A stretch of DNA of 64,000 nucleotides, from the NCBI GenBank assembly GCA_036689465.1, contig CP144833.1, positions 163,093 to 227,092 of the forward strand, in the 5' to 3' direction. The position numbers and the translations under genes are program-made. Shown here one piece after another: positions 24,117-39,799 of this stretch. Position 1 is the stretch's first letter, and each line of letters starts with the position of its first letter. The notes under the pieces were generated by a model. That model was not told the origin of the DNA. It worked only from the letters and a program-made list of their open reading frames with translations, and searched no databases. This stretch comes from Candidatus Stammera capleta. GTDB taxonomy: Bacteria; Pseudomonadota; Gammaproteobacteria; Enterobacterales; Enterobacteriaceae.

Positions 24117-24362
24117 TTACATAACCGTCTTTTTTAATGATTTAACACAATCTATAGATGACTGTACAGTATCTATTTTTTCTGCTAATTCATCTGAAAT
24201 TTCAATATTAAATTCTTCTTCTAATGCCATAATTAGTTCTATAATATCTAAAGAATCTGCTCCTAAATCATTAATAAAAAATTTATCATTTTCTACTTCA
24301 TTTAATTTAACTCCTAATTGATCACTAATAATTTCTTTAATACGTTCCTCTAGACTTGACAT
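24117..24362 (-). CDS. acpP: acyl carrier protein
   Basis: The 81-aa intact ORF carries the phosphopantetheine site motif [20 protein letters not shown]. Confidence 0.95.
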   Translation of the reverse strand: MSSLEERIKEIISDQLGVKLNEVENDKFFINDLGADSLDIIELIMALEEEFNIEISDELAEKIDTVQSSIDCVKSLKKTVM

Positions 24363-24467
24363 ATATAATTATTCCTTTACTTTGAATTAAAATTAAACCT
24401 ATTGATATTATACATTATTTTAAAATTAACTATATAAATTAAATAAAACAAACTTAAAAATAAAACT

Positions 24468-24617
24468 TTATTTTTTTTTACTAATTATAGGAATATGATG
24501 ATATAATGAAAATTTACCAGTTTTTTTATTGAAAAACAAATTAGGTAATTTTAAACTTTTTTGAGATCTACGATGTCCTCTTCTGGATCTACTTTTTTTA
24601 CTTTTTTGTACAGCCAT
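24468..24617 (-). CDS. rpmF: 50S ribosomal protein L32
   Basis: Hand translation gives MAVQKSKKSRSRRGHRRSQKSLKLPNLFFNKKTGKFSLYHHIPIISKKK*. Confidence 0.88.
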   Translation of the reverse strand: MAVQKSKKSRSRRGHRRSQKSLKLPNLFFNKKTGKFSLYHHIPIISKKK

Positions 24618-24633
24618 AAAAACTCCTAAAAAA

Positions 24634-25551
24634 TTAAATATTAATTTTATTGATCTTTTCTAATATTAATAATAACTTTTTATCTAAATGAACAAAAAAT
24701 TTTTTTTTAATATTTAAAAAAGGATGCAAAAAACTTATATAATAAGCATGCAAAAATAATCTATTAACTTTTATTTTAGAAAAAAGCAATTTATCTAAAT
24801 TTTTATTACCATAAATACGATCAAAAACAATTGGAAAACCTAAATATTTTACATGTAATCTTATTTGATGATTTCTTCCTGTTAAGGTTTGAATACTAAG
24901 TAAAGTATAATTACTAATATATTTTAAAAATTTAAAAATAGTTTTGGATACTTTTTTTTTACCATTTTGTACACATACAAAATCTTTAACTATTTTTTTA
25001 GTAAAAGGTCAAATACCATGAACTAAAACAAAATATTTTTTAATTACTCTACTAAATTTAAAATCATTTTGCAAATTACATAAAATTTTTCTATTTTTAG
25101 CTAATAACAATATTCCAGAACAATCTTTATCTATACGATGAATTAATTCTAAATATTTTTGATAATATATATTATTTCTAAAAACATCAATAATATTAAT
25201 ACCTATACCTGTACCACCATGAACAGATATTCCATAAGGTTTATTAATAACTAACAAATAATTATCTTCATATATAATCATTTTTTTAAATTTTAAAATA
25301 TTTTTTTTACTAATATATATATATTTAGTAATATTTAATTTTATTAATGGTATACGAATAACATCGTTAATTTTTAATTTATATTTAGGTAAAATACGTT
25401 TTTTATTAACTCTAATATTACCTTTACGTAATAAAACATATATTTTATTTTTAGATATATGTTTAATTTTTTTAAATAAAAAATTATCAATTCTTTGATT
25501 TATAGAATCATTATCAACAGTAATAAAACTTAAAAAAAATTTATTTTTCAT
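24634..25551 (-). CDS. rluC: 23S rRNA pseudouridine synthase RluC
   Basis: ORF 25009..25608 continues through TGA to TAA at 24634. The likely start is the internal MKNKFF.. at 25551. INQRIDNFL, GNIRVNKKRI, HRIDKDCSGILLLAK and TGRNHQIRLH are present. It is divergent from rne, as in E. coli. Confidence 0.88.
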
Positions 25552-25691
25552 ATAAATATTATAATTATCTTTTATTAAAAAACATAAAATAAAATATATT
25601 AAATACATTTTTAAAAATATGTAATAATAAATATTTAAAATTAAGTAAATATATTAATATACTTAAAATATTTGGAAATTGAGAAGTAAAA

Positions 25692-27425
25692 ATGAAAAGA
25701 ATGTTGATAAACGCTACACAAAAAGAAGAATTACGTATAGCATTAGTAGATGGACAAAAATTATATGATTTAAATATAGAAAACACTAAATATACACAAA
25801 AAAAATTGAATATTTATAAAGGAAAAATTACCCGAATAGAACTTAGTTTAGAAGCGGTATTTATAAATTATGGATCAAAAAAAAATGGTTTTTTACCAAT
25901 AAAAGAAATATCAGAAAAATATTTAAATAAAAAAGAAAAAAATATTAAAAATGCATTATATGAAGGAAAAAAAATAATAGTTCAAATACGCAAAGAAGAA
26001 AGAGAAAATAAAGGAGCAGTATTAACAACATTTATTAGTTTAGTAGGTAGTAATATAATACTTTTACCAGATAATCCTAAATCTAGCGGTATATCAAGAA
26101 AAATAGAGGGTAAAGAAAGAAATAAAATAAAATCCAAATTAAAAAAAATACATTTACCTAAAAATATGGGTTTAATAATTAGAACATCAGGTATTGATAA
26201 ATCTCTTGAAAAACTTAAATCTGATATAGAATTAAAATTAAAACACTGAGAATATATTAAAAAAATAGCAAAAAAAAAACAAGCTCCTTCATTAATATAT
26301 CAAGAAAATAATATACTCATTCGTACATTTAGAGATTATTTACATAACGATATAAATGAAATTATAATAGATAATTATAAAATTTATAAATTAGCTATAA
26401 ATAAAATATATGAATTAAAAAGAAATAATTTTATAAAAAAAATAAAATTTTATAAAAATAATATTCCTTTATTTATATATTTTAAAATAGAAACACAAAT
26501 AGAATCAGCTTTTAAAAGAAAATTAAGATTACCTTCAGGAGGATCAATAACCATTGATATTACAGAAGCATTAACATCTATAGATATAAATTCATCAAAA
26601 TCAACAAAAAATAAAGATATAGAAAATACAGCTTTTAATACTAATTTAGAAGCTACTGATGAAATAGCTAGACAATTAAGATTAAGAGATGTAGGAGGGT
26701 TGATAGTTATAGATTTTATAGATATGTCTATATTACAAAATCAAAAAATTATAGAATATAAATTAAAAAAAAATATTAAAAATGATAGAGCTAAAATCCA
26801 AATAGGATATATTTCTAAATTTGGTTTATTAGAAATGTCTAGACAAAGACTAAATCCTTCTCTTAAAGAATCCAGTTATTATATGTGCCCTAGATGTTGT
26901 GGTTCTGGTAATATTAGAGATAACGAATCATTATCATTATCTATATTAAGAATTATCGAAGAAGAATCTCTTAAAAAAAATATTAAAAAAATACATGCTA
27001 TAGTTCCAATAAATATAGCATCATATTTATTAAATAAAAAAAGAGATCATTTATATAATATAGAAAAAAAAAAAAAAAAAAAAATTAAAATTATAATTAT
27101 ACCTAACGAAGAAATAGAAACACCTAACTATTCCATAATAAAAATAAAAAAAAATAAAGAAAAAAAAAAATACAAAAAAAAAAAAATAAATAATATAAAA
27201 AAAAATAATTATTATAAATATAAAAAAATAAACAATTATATAACAGAAAATAAAAAAAATAATAATTTCTTAAATAAAATTAAAAATAAAATTTATGAAA
27301 AAATAAATATTTTCATTAACAAAATTAAAAAAAACATATTTCAAGAAAGAATAAATTATCAAAATGATAATGAATATAAAGATAATAAAAGAAAAAATCT
27401 TAAAAAAATACTTGAAACAATATAA
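25692..27425 (+). CDS. rne: ribonuclease E (catalytic N-terminal half plus Lys/Asn-rich tail)
   Basis: ORFs 25692..26249 and 26700..27425 are in frame (578 codons). MKRMLINATQKEELRIALVDGQKLYDL, IVIDFIDM and the Zn-link CPRCCGSG are present. It contains an in-frame A21 tract. Confidence 0.93.
27064..27084 (+). repeat. A21 homopolymer inside rne, in frame
   Basis: The ORF-track translation ..NIEKKKKKKIKII.. fixes the tract at 21 nt. Confidence 0.85.
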
Positions 27426-27461
27426 AAAATAAATAAAAATAAATAATTTCTTTTTAAAAAA

Positions 27462-29921
<2,460 letters not shown>

Positions 29922-29924
29922 TAC

Positions 29925-30683
29925 ATGACAAAAAAATATAATTTAAAATTCAATATTAAACAAAAAATTTATTATATATATGGAAATAATTTATATAAAA
30001 AAAATAAATATAAATTATTAATTAAAAAATATCTTCAATATAAAATAAATAACTATACCATAATTAATATTATGGTACATAAAAAAATAAAATGAGAATA
30101 TATACAAGAAAAAATATTTCTTAAAAATTGTTTTTTTAAAAACAAAATAATTATATTAAACTTTATAGAAAAAATAGAACAATTAAGTAATTTAATAAAA
30201 AATAATATTTTAAATATTTTTTTTTCAAAAAAATACAAGAATATATATATTATATTAAATGTAGAATTTACATATTTTTTATCATTATCAGAAATTTATA
30301 TATTTAAAAAACTAAACATAAGATTTATAAAATGCAATAAAAACAAATATGTTAAAAAAAATACTTTAAATAAAATTATAGAAAAAAAAAACCAAAATAT
30401 TATATTAATACAAAATTGAATAAAATCTTTCAAAAAAAAAAATATATACAAAAATTATACTATTTTTAAAAAAATTCAAAAAAATAATTTAGATAAACTA
30501 ATTATATTAAATATATTATTTAAATTTATAATTAAATATATTAATAAATTCAATAATAAAAAAATTATTAAAATATTTAAAATAATTAAAAAATGTGAAA
30601 TAAATATTAAAAAAGGAAAAAATATTTCTTGAATTACTTTTAATATTTTAAATATATATATATTAAGATATATACTATTATAG
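29925..30683 (+). CDS. holA: probable DNA polymerase III delta subunit (short, highly diverged)
   Basis: It lies directly after leuS, as in the E. coli leuS-lptE-holA order. The N-terminus ..IYYIYGNNLYKKNKYKLLIKKYL resembles HolA YLLLGNDPLLLQE... Overall similarity is weak. Confidence 0.45.
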
Positions 30684-31295
30684 TAAAAAAAAATTTTTAA
30701 TACCTAATAAAATCATTTGTATTCCAAATGAAAACAAAATAATAGAAAATATTTTATTAAAAAAAATAATTATTATATCAGAAAAATAATTTCTTAATAA
30801 AAAAACTAATTCAAATAATAACCAACAAAAAAAACAAAAAAATATTATAGAAATAATAGAAAAAAAATATTCTATAAAACTTTTACAACTAATACTATAA
30901 GTTATTAACATAGATATAGAACTAGGTCCAGCCATTAAAGGAAAAGAAATAGGAGTAAGTAATTTTATATAACTAATATTTTTATTTATAAAAATTTTAT
31001 TTTTTTCAGAATTATCTGTAGTAAGAATATTTAAGGAACTAAAAGAAATTAAAAAACCTCCAGTAATTTGGAGTATATTAACATTTAAATCAAATAAATT
31101 CAAAAACTTTTTACCTCATATAAAAGAAAATAATAATATAAAACATGTTATTACATTAATACAAATATTAAATTTTTTTTTTTCTTTTTCTATAATACTA
31201 TCTATTGAAGCTATAAATATAGGTATTAATCCTATAGGATTAATTAACATAAATAGTTTCATTAATAATTTTATATATTGACAATAATTAATCAT
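30678..31295 (-). CDS. MarC/YhgN-family (UPF0056) inner membrane protein
   Basis: ORF 30678..31103 extends through TGA to ATG 31295. FMLINPIGLIPIF and PISFPLMAGPSSIS are family motifs. Confidence 0.75.
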
Positions 31296-31319
31296 AAAAT
31301 GAAATTAATTTTAAATATT

Positions 31320-33176
31320 TTAAATTAATAATTTATTAACTATATTACTAAAATTTTTCTTTTTTTTTTCTAAACTAGATAAAAAAATATTTTTATTAGC
31401 ATAAATAGTTACTTTATTTTTAGCACGAGTTATAGCTGTATAAATCAATTCTCTATTTAATAAATAAGAAAAATAATTAGGTATTATTAATAATATATGA
31501 TTATATTCAGAACCTTGAGATTTATGTACAGTAATTACTCAAGTACTGTTTAAATTACTTAAATGAATATTATAAACATATCTATTATTTTTATTAAAAT
31601 CCAAAAACAATAATTTAATTTTTTTTTTAAAAAAAATAAAAAAACCTAAATCACCATTAGATAACTTCAAATCATTATTATTTTTAGTTATAATAAATGG
31701 TTCACCCATATAATGATAACAATTTAAATTAGGAAAATATGTTATATTTTTTACTAAATTATATTTTAAAAAAAAATAATTAATATATCTATTTAAATAA
31801 TGAACTCCATAAAAAGTTTTTTTTACAACAGAAATAATCTGAAATTTATTAAATTTATTTCAAATTTTATTTAAATCAAATTTAAAATTTACAAAATTTA
31901 TATATTTAGTATAATATTTTATACAAAAATTCAATAAAAAATTTAAATCATACTTATCCGAATCATAAAAATTAAAATTATTTTGAAAATTATTTTTATA
32001 TAAAAAATTATCAATACTCTTTACATAACCTAATTTAACAAAATTAGTAAATTTATATAAATAAATATTTTTATCTAAACGATAATTTTTTTTTAAGAAA
32101 GTAACATTATTTATATAAGATAAATAAATATTATATTTTTTTTTAAAAACAGAATATTTTAAAAATATCTTTTTAAAAATTTTATACTGTAAATTATAAA
32201 AATTAACATATAAATTACATATCACATTAAAAAAAGAACCGGGTTCAATAGAATCTATTTGATTGCTATCTCCTAAAAAAATAATTTTTTTAACATATTT
32301 TATAGAAGAAAATAAATAAAATGCTAATGAAATATCAATCATAGATGATTCATCTATTATTAAAATATCAGTATTAATAATATTATTATTAATAATATTT
32401 TTATTATAATTAAAACCTAAAAATTTATGTATAGTAATAGATTTATAAGGTAATATTTTTCTAAAAGAAGAATTTATATTTAAATAACCAAAATTTTTTT
32501 TCAAAGAAAAAGTAATATTTGAAGAGGATTTTCCTGTAAAAGAAATAATTTTAATATAACTATTATTTTTATATTTAAATATTTTATACAAAATTAAAAT
32601 TAACATAGAAATTAAAGTAGTTTTACCTGTTCCTGGTCCACCCGAAATAATAGAAAACTTATTGACTATAGAACCCATAATAGAAATTTTTTGATATATA
32701 TTTAAATTATATTTCTTAAAATATTTAAATATTTTTTTATTATTAATATAATTATTATCTTTTTTAAAAAAATTTAAATTAATATAATTAACTACATACT
32801 CTTCATGCACTCAAAATTTATATAAATAAATACAATTATTATAAAAAATTAAAGGTGTAATTATAGAATAATAATATTTACTTAAAATATTTCATTTAAA
32901 TAAAATATCTATACAATTATTTAATGATAAATACTTAGAAAAAAAATAATCTAAAAAACTTAATACATAATTAGAAAATATACTTCTACTAAATATTTTC
33001 GATAAAGGAAGACATACATGTATTTTACTTGTTAAACTAATTAACATAGTAAACATCATAATTATATCAGATTCAAAACTATTATAATCAAATATTTTAG
33101 AAAAATATAAATCTATTAAATTTATTTCTTTTTTTTTAACACATTTTAATATAAAATATTCTATTTCACGAAACAT
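31320..33176 (-). CDS. recD: exodeoxyribonuclease V alpha subunit
   Basis: ORFs 32892..33176 and 31860..32810 plus a C-terminal piece are in one frame (619 codons). Walker A GGPGTGKTT, IIDESSMID and C-terminal YTAITRAK are present. Confidence 0.9.
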
Positions 33177-33178
33177 AA

Positions 33179-36100
33179 TTAATTTTTAAAAAAATTATTT
33201 AATCTACTAATTAACAAATAACTAGGTTTAGTATAGAAAATACCAGTAACAGAATTATTATTATTATCTAATAATAAACCACGTAAAAATATATAATATA
33301 TTCCACCAAAATTATCATTATAATGATATTTTTTAATATTCAATTGTAAATAATTATGTAAAGCTAATGTATATAATTGATATTGTATATCATAACGATA
33401 TAATTTCATAGTTTTATATAATTTTTTATTAATATAATCCAAATAATTATCACCTAATCAATTAGTTTTATAATCAACTATATAATATTTATTATTATAA
33501 ACAAATAATAAATCTATTACTCCGTTTAAAAAACCAGTAAAATAATTTTCTTTAAATTTTATATCTTGACTATATTTAGAAATATAGTCATATTTTTTAA
33601 TAATTTTATTAAATTTAATATAGCTAAATTTTTTTTTAATAGGTAAAAAAAAATCAAATTCTTTATAAAAAAGAAAAATTTTTTTATTATTTAAATTAAT
33701 ACTATTAAATAATTTAACATTTAAAAGATTAAATAATATTCTTTTAATAAAAAAAAATCATTTTTTAGCAATATTAAATTTTAACATATAATACAAAATT
33801 TTATCATTATTTAATAAATTTGAAAAATTAACTTTTTCTAAAAATTTATGAAAAAAAAACCCTATTTTTTTACCTTTAAATTTATTTTTATATATTTGCA
33901 ACCTATTATTATTAATATTTAATAAATTATTTTTTGAAGGTTTATTATCAATAAATTTAGAAAAATTCAATATATATTTTATATTTTTAGAAAAAATATA
34001 TTTTTTTTTATTTTTTTTTTTTTTAAAAAAATAAAAATCTTTATCTAAAAAACGCAAAAAATTTAAAAAATAAAAATATATATATTTAAATTTAAAGTAA
34101 TTATTTATTATATTTTTAATTTTATGAAAACTATATTCTTTATTAGAATTTATTAATTTACCTAAATATGTAAAACAAAATTTTTTATTTTTATTATTTA
34201 ATATTTCATATAAAAAAATATTACATTGATATATAGATCTAGTAATTGCAACATAAAATAAACGCATTTCTTCAGAATTAATCTCTTCTTTATTTAAAGA
34301 AAAATTTTTTTTTAACTTATATAAATCTATATTTAATTTATAATTCCTTCTATTATGAAACACAAAATAATCATTATTCATTTTAAAATTTAACATAAAA
34401 GGTAATCAAATAATATTATATTGTAAACCTTTAGATTTATGTATCGTAGAAATTTTTATACCATTATTATAATTTAAAGATCTAATATAATATTTTTTTT
34501 TATTAGAATCATTTAAAATTTTATCATTTAATCAATAAATTAATAATGATTTATCTTTTATAACTAAAGATTTTTCTTCTAAAATTTCGCCAATGTGAAA
34601 AATATTATTTTTAAAAAATTCTCTATTTTTATTAATTTTAAATTTATTTTTTTTATCTTTTAAAATATATTTAATCATTACTAAAATACCATTTTTATCT
34701 CAAATATTTCTATAAAAGAAAAAAATATTAATTCATCTATTTAAAATACATTGATTATTAATAATATTTTTAATAAAAATAAAATCAAAATCAAAAAAAG
34801 ATGTAGATAAAGCACTACTTAAAGATGTAATAGATTCAGGATTTATTATAGATTTCAATAAAAAAAATATTTCTTTAGCTTCATTAGTATGAAAAACATT
34901 ACTTTTTTCTAAAATAGTATCAGTAGGTAAATTATATTTTTTAAAAACATTAAAAATTAATTCTATTTCATAATTAGTATGAACTAACACAGCTATATCT
35001 GAAGGAATTATTAATCTTTTATTTATACCATTAAATAAAAAATTTTTTTTACTATTTAATAAATAACATAATTTTAAAGAACAAATTTTTGCAATATTAT
35101 ATTTTCATTTCTTATCATCAATATTTTTCAAAACAAAAAAATTTATAGAAAAATCTTTATTATTATTTTTAATTAAAAAAAAATTATTTTTATAAGAATA
35201 ATCAACATTAAAATATTTTATTTCTTTTAAAGAAAATGGATTATTAATCCTACTAAATAAATAATTCATACTTTTAATAAAATATATTGAAGAGCGTCAA
35301 TTAATATTTAAAGTATATAAAAAATCAATATTTTTTTTAGATTTTATGTAATTAAAAATATTAGCTCCTCTAAATGTATAAATAGATTGTTTAGGATCAC
35401 CTATTAATACTAATTTAGTATCTAAACTAGAAAAATTCTTTATATATATATGATTAAAAATATTAAATTGCAAAAAATCAGTATCTTGAAATTCATCAAT
35501 TAATAATATTGGAAAATTTTCTCTAATTAAATTAGTAAATAAAAATTTTTTATCTTGTATTAAAATTTTATTTAAATTAATTATTAAATCATTGAAACTT
35601 ATATACATTTTATTTTTTTTAATCTTATTAAGATTAATATGAATATATTTAATACAAAATAAAACAATAAAATTACGAAAATCTTGTATTTTTAAAAAAA
35701 TTTTATCTACATAATGGAAAAAAAAAGAAAATTTTAAAAGTTTTATATTGCTAATTTTTTTTATTAAATAACTAAAACCAATTTTTTTTAAATAATAAGG
35801 TATAAAAAAATCTTTTGTTTCTTTTGTACACCATACTTTAATTTCTAAAAATAATTTATTTATATAAGTTAAATTAAATAATTTTTTATTTAAAAAATAA
35901 TTATAAATATTAATATAATTAAGTAAAAAAAATTTTTTAAATTTATTTATAAAAAATATAATTTTATTATAACAATCTTCTATAGAAAAATATTTATTAA
36001 GTAAATTATAAGAAAAATAATTTAAATTTCATATAGGTAATAAAAAGTTAAATAATTTAATAGGATTAATTCATAAACTTAAAATTATTTTAATTAAATT

Positions 36101-36619
36101 AATAGATAAAGAAACAAAATATTTACGTCAAAATAAAACTATTATTTCATAAATTAAATTATTTTCATGATCTATAATAACACTATTACAATCAATACTT
36201 GATTCAATAAAATTAGAATAAAGAATTTTCTTACAAAAACTATGTATAGTGAATACAGAAATATGATCTATAAAATATTCATAATAAATCAATAAATCTA
36301 TTATATTAGAAATATTTTTAACACTTAAATAAATATCTTTAATTGAATCATTAATATGATAACCTTTAATACAAGACAAACGCAAATCTTTGATATTATT
36401 TAAAATTCTATTTTTAATTTCTCAAGAAGCTAGATCTGTAAAAGTAACAATTAAAATATTATTTATTGTTAAATTTAAAAAATTTTTTTCTATATTTATA
36501 CCTAATAATAAACGTAAATATAATAAAGATATTAAATGAGTTTTACCAGTTCCAGCGGAAGCTTCTATTAAATTATTTTTACCTAAATATAAATTTAAAA
36601 AACTATCCATTTTATACAT
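33179..36619 (-). CDS. recB: exodeoxyribonuclease V beta subunit
   Basis: Six ORF-track pieces are all in frame relative to the stop at 33179 (1147 codons). LIEASAGTGKTHLISLLYLRLLLG, LLIDEFQDTD and VAITRS are present. Confidence 0.92.
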
Positions 36620-36623
36620 AAAA

Positions 36624-39600
36624 TTAAATATTGAAAATTAAATAATTAAACATAATTAATAATCATTCTTCTGACCTATTAATAATAAAATCAAAATCAA
36701 TTTTTAAATTAAATTTTTTTATATAATTATATATATATATATCATTTAATTCTCCAAAAATAAAAAAATTACCATATAAAAAATTATATAAATTATGTTT
36801 AATTTTATTAATTATAAAATTACTTTTTTTTTTTTTATTTATTAAATTATAAGCATTTCATACCCAAAAATGACTAAATTTAGGTAAAAAAAATATATTT
36901 TTCACATTTAAATAATAATAAAAAAATATATATTTATATAAATAAAATTGAGATAATTCTTTATTTATAGGAGGAAAACTTCATACACCATTATAACCAT
37001 AAATATTACTATATTTATTACCACCTAATAAACAATAAACTAAATGTTCAATTCAAAATAATAAAGCATCTATTAAATTTAAATTTTTAGGTAATCATTT
37101 AATCACACCATATTTAGCACATAAGTTAATAGTACCATATAAATTAAAATCTAAAATTTTTAAAAAAAAATTATATTTTTTGATATTTAAAAAAAAATTT
37201 TTAATTTTATTTATCAAAAAAATAACTTTATCTTTTTCTTTTTCTCATAAAATTTTACCAAAAGTACTAATAGGAAATAAATTTAAAGATTGTAAATAAT
37301 ATATCATATTATTATTTATAACTTTATATTTAAAAAAATAATTTATTATATCAAATCTAAAAAAATAAAATTTTTTTACATTTAATTGAAAAAAATTTTC
37401 GTAATTTATTTTCTCCTGAAATATAAAATAATTTATTTTTAAAAAATAACACATAAAATATTTAATAGGATTAGATAAAAATAAAAAAAAATTACCTAAA
37501 AAAACATTTTTTTTTCTTTTAATTTTTATAAAAAAATTATAATTTTTAAATATATTTTTTTTAAAAAAAACAAAGTCATAAAATATTTTTTCTTTATTTT
37601 TTAATAACACATTACTTTCTTCTAAATAATTTATAATATTTTTTACTAAAATAGAAGGAAAATATTTTATGTGATCTAAAAAAGAAAAATTTAAATAACT
37701 AATATAAATCTTTTCTTGTGCTGATAATAATAATTTCATAAAAATATATTTATCGTAATCTAATTTATTTTTATCTCCTATTCTAGGATTAAAATACATT
37801 AAATCAAAACTATAATTTAATTTATATTTTGGATAAATACTATCATTTAAACCTAAAAAACATATTACTTTAAAAGGAATTCCATGTAATGTTACAAAAG
37901 AAGAAAAATTTAAATTACTTAATGAATATAATTTACTTTTTTTTTTATTTAAAAAATAAATAAAAATTTTCGTAAACAAATCAACATTAATTTTTTTTTC
38001 AAAAAAAATAAAATTATATTTCTGAGACAAATTAAATCATATTTTATAATTTAAAAAAAAGTTTTCCTTAATAATTTCTTTGGGGAAAAAATCATTTAAA
38101 AAATTTTTACTGATTTCAATTCAATTACTAAAAAAATAATTTATATTAATAATTTTTTTTCAATTTAATATTTTAAATATAAAATCAGATAACTTACCTA
38201 TTAAAGAATAAAAAAAATTATTACTAATAGTTGGATAAGGTGTTAATTTATTTCAAAAACAATATTTTTCATTTATTGCATAACCTAATAATATACGTTT
38301 AATACTATTTAATAAATTTAAATAATTAAATTCATATAAATTATCATTTACTAATAAATTATTAATATTAACACAAATACCATCATTTTTAATAAAATTA
38401 GAAATTATATTAAATTCCTCAATACTAATATTAAATTTATCTAAAAAAACTTTATTTTTTAAAAAATATAGAATCGTACTAAAATTAAATTTAATATTTG
38501 AAATATTTAATAAATTTAAAAATAAATTCAATATTTTATTATCAAAAGAAAAATTTTTTTCCATAATATGGAATGGCAAATATTTTTTACATATATCATC
38601 TGAAAAAACAGTTTTTATATACGGATAATATTTATTTAAATCACTTACTATCACAATAATATCATTAACATAATATTTTTTTTTTTGAATTAAATTTAAT
38701 AAAAATAATTTTAATTTTAATAATTCATCAATATAACCATTAGAATTATTAATAATTATAGAATTATCATTTTTCTGTTGAATTATTTTTTTTTTTAAAA
38801 TAACTGGACTTCTAAAATTTAAAATATCATTTTTAATGATATTTAATATATTTTTTTTAGAAAATTTTACAAAACAATTTATTTCAATAAAATTTAATTC
38901 ATTAAATAAAAATAAATATTCAGCTAAAAAATTACAATTATTAAGTAATAAAGAATTTTTTTTATGTAAAATAAAATTTATACCCTTAATATTTTTTTTT
39001 AAAATAAAAATATTTTTTTTACTAAAATAAAAACGATCAAATCAAAATTTAGAACTAGGATTAATAATAAAATAATGTATATTAATACATTTAGATAATA
39101 TATTTAAGGTATTTAAATATATTTGAGGTAAATAAGATACATTAAAAATAAATAAATCAGAAATTTCTTTTTTTAAAATATTTAAATATTTTTTTTTTTT
39201 TAAACTTAAAAATTTATGATATATTTTACATCTATTTCAAGTAAAATTAAATTTTTTATCATAAAAATAAATAATTTTTCTTCATAAAATTGATTGTCAT
39301 AACTGATGAATATTATTTCTTAAATTATCTACAAAAGTAAATTTTTCTCATTTATATAATCAATCTACACGATACATTAAATATTTATCATATATATCAG
39401 ATATTCTACAAGATAAACTAAATAATTTATAATAATCATTAGAATCATATAAATATTTTTTAAGTACAAAAAATTCTTTTAAATTTAATAATTTAGGTAA
39501 TATATTCATAATTACAAAAACCAAATTATTTTTTTCAAAAAAATATTTTTTAGGTATTTCAGGAATTAAAATTCTGTAAATATTTCATATAAATTTAGCC

Positions 39601-39791
39601 GGTAAAATAAATTTAAAATTAGCGCAAATACCTAATTTTTTAGATAAAAACATCTTTAAAAAAAAAGATAGATTATTATCTGGTATTAAAATTGTATTAG
39701 ACAATATTGTTTTTCTTTTATTTTTTTTTAATTTATAAAGTAATACATATTGTAATACTTCCAAATCATTGGACTGATATAATATAAACAT
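36624..39791 (-). CDS. recC: exodeoxyribonuclease V gamma subunit
   Basis: ORFs 39585..39791, 38253..38654 and 37245..38030 are in frame (1056 codons). The N-terminus MFILYQSNDLEVL.....GICANFKFILPAKFIW matches E. coli RecC. Confidence 0.9.
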
Positions 39792-39799
39792 ATATATAT

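Noticed and set aside
25552-25608. 19-codon N-terminal extension of rluC (MYLIYFILCFLIKDNYNIY), and a similar 7-codon extension of ppa (48909..48929).
   Set aside because: Ortholog alignment begins at the internal Met (MKNKFF.. and MNLKNIPVGK). The longest-ORF rule over-extends both.
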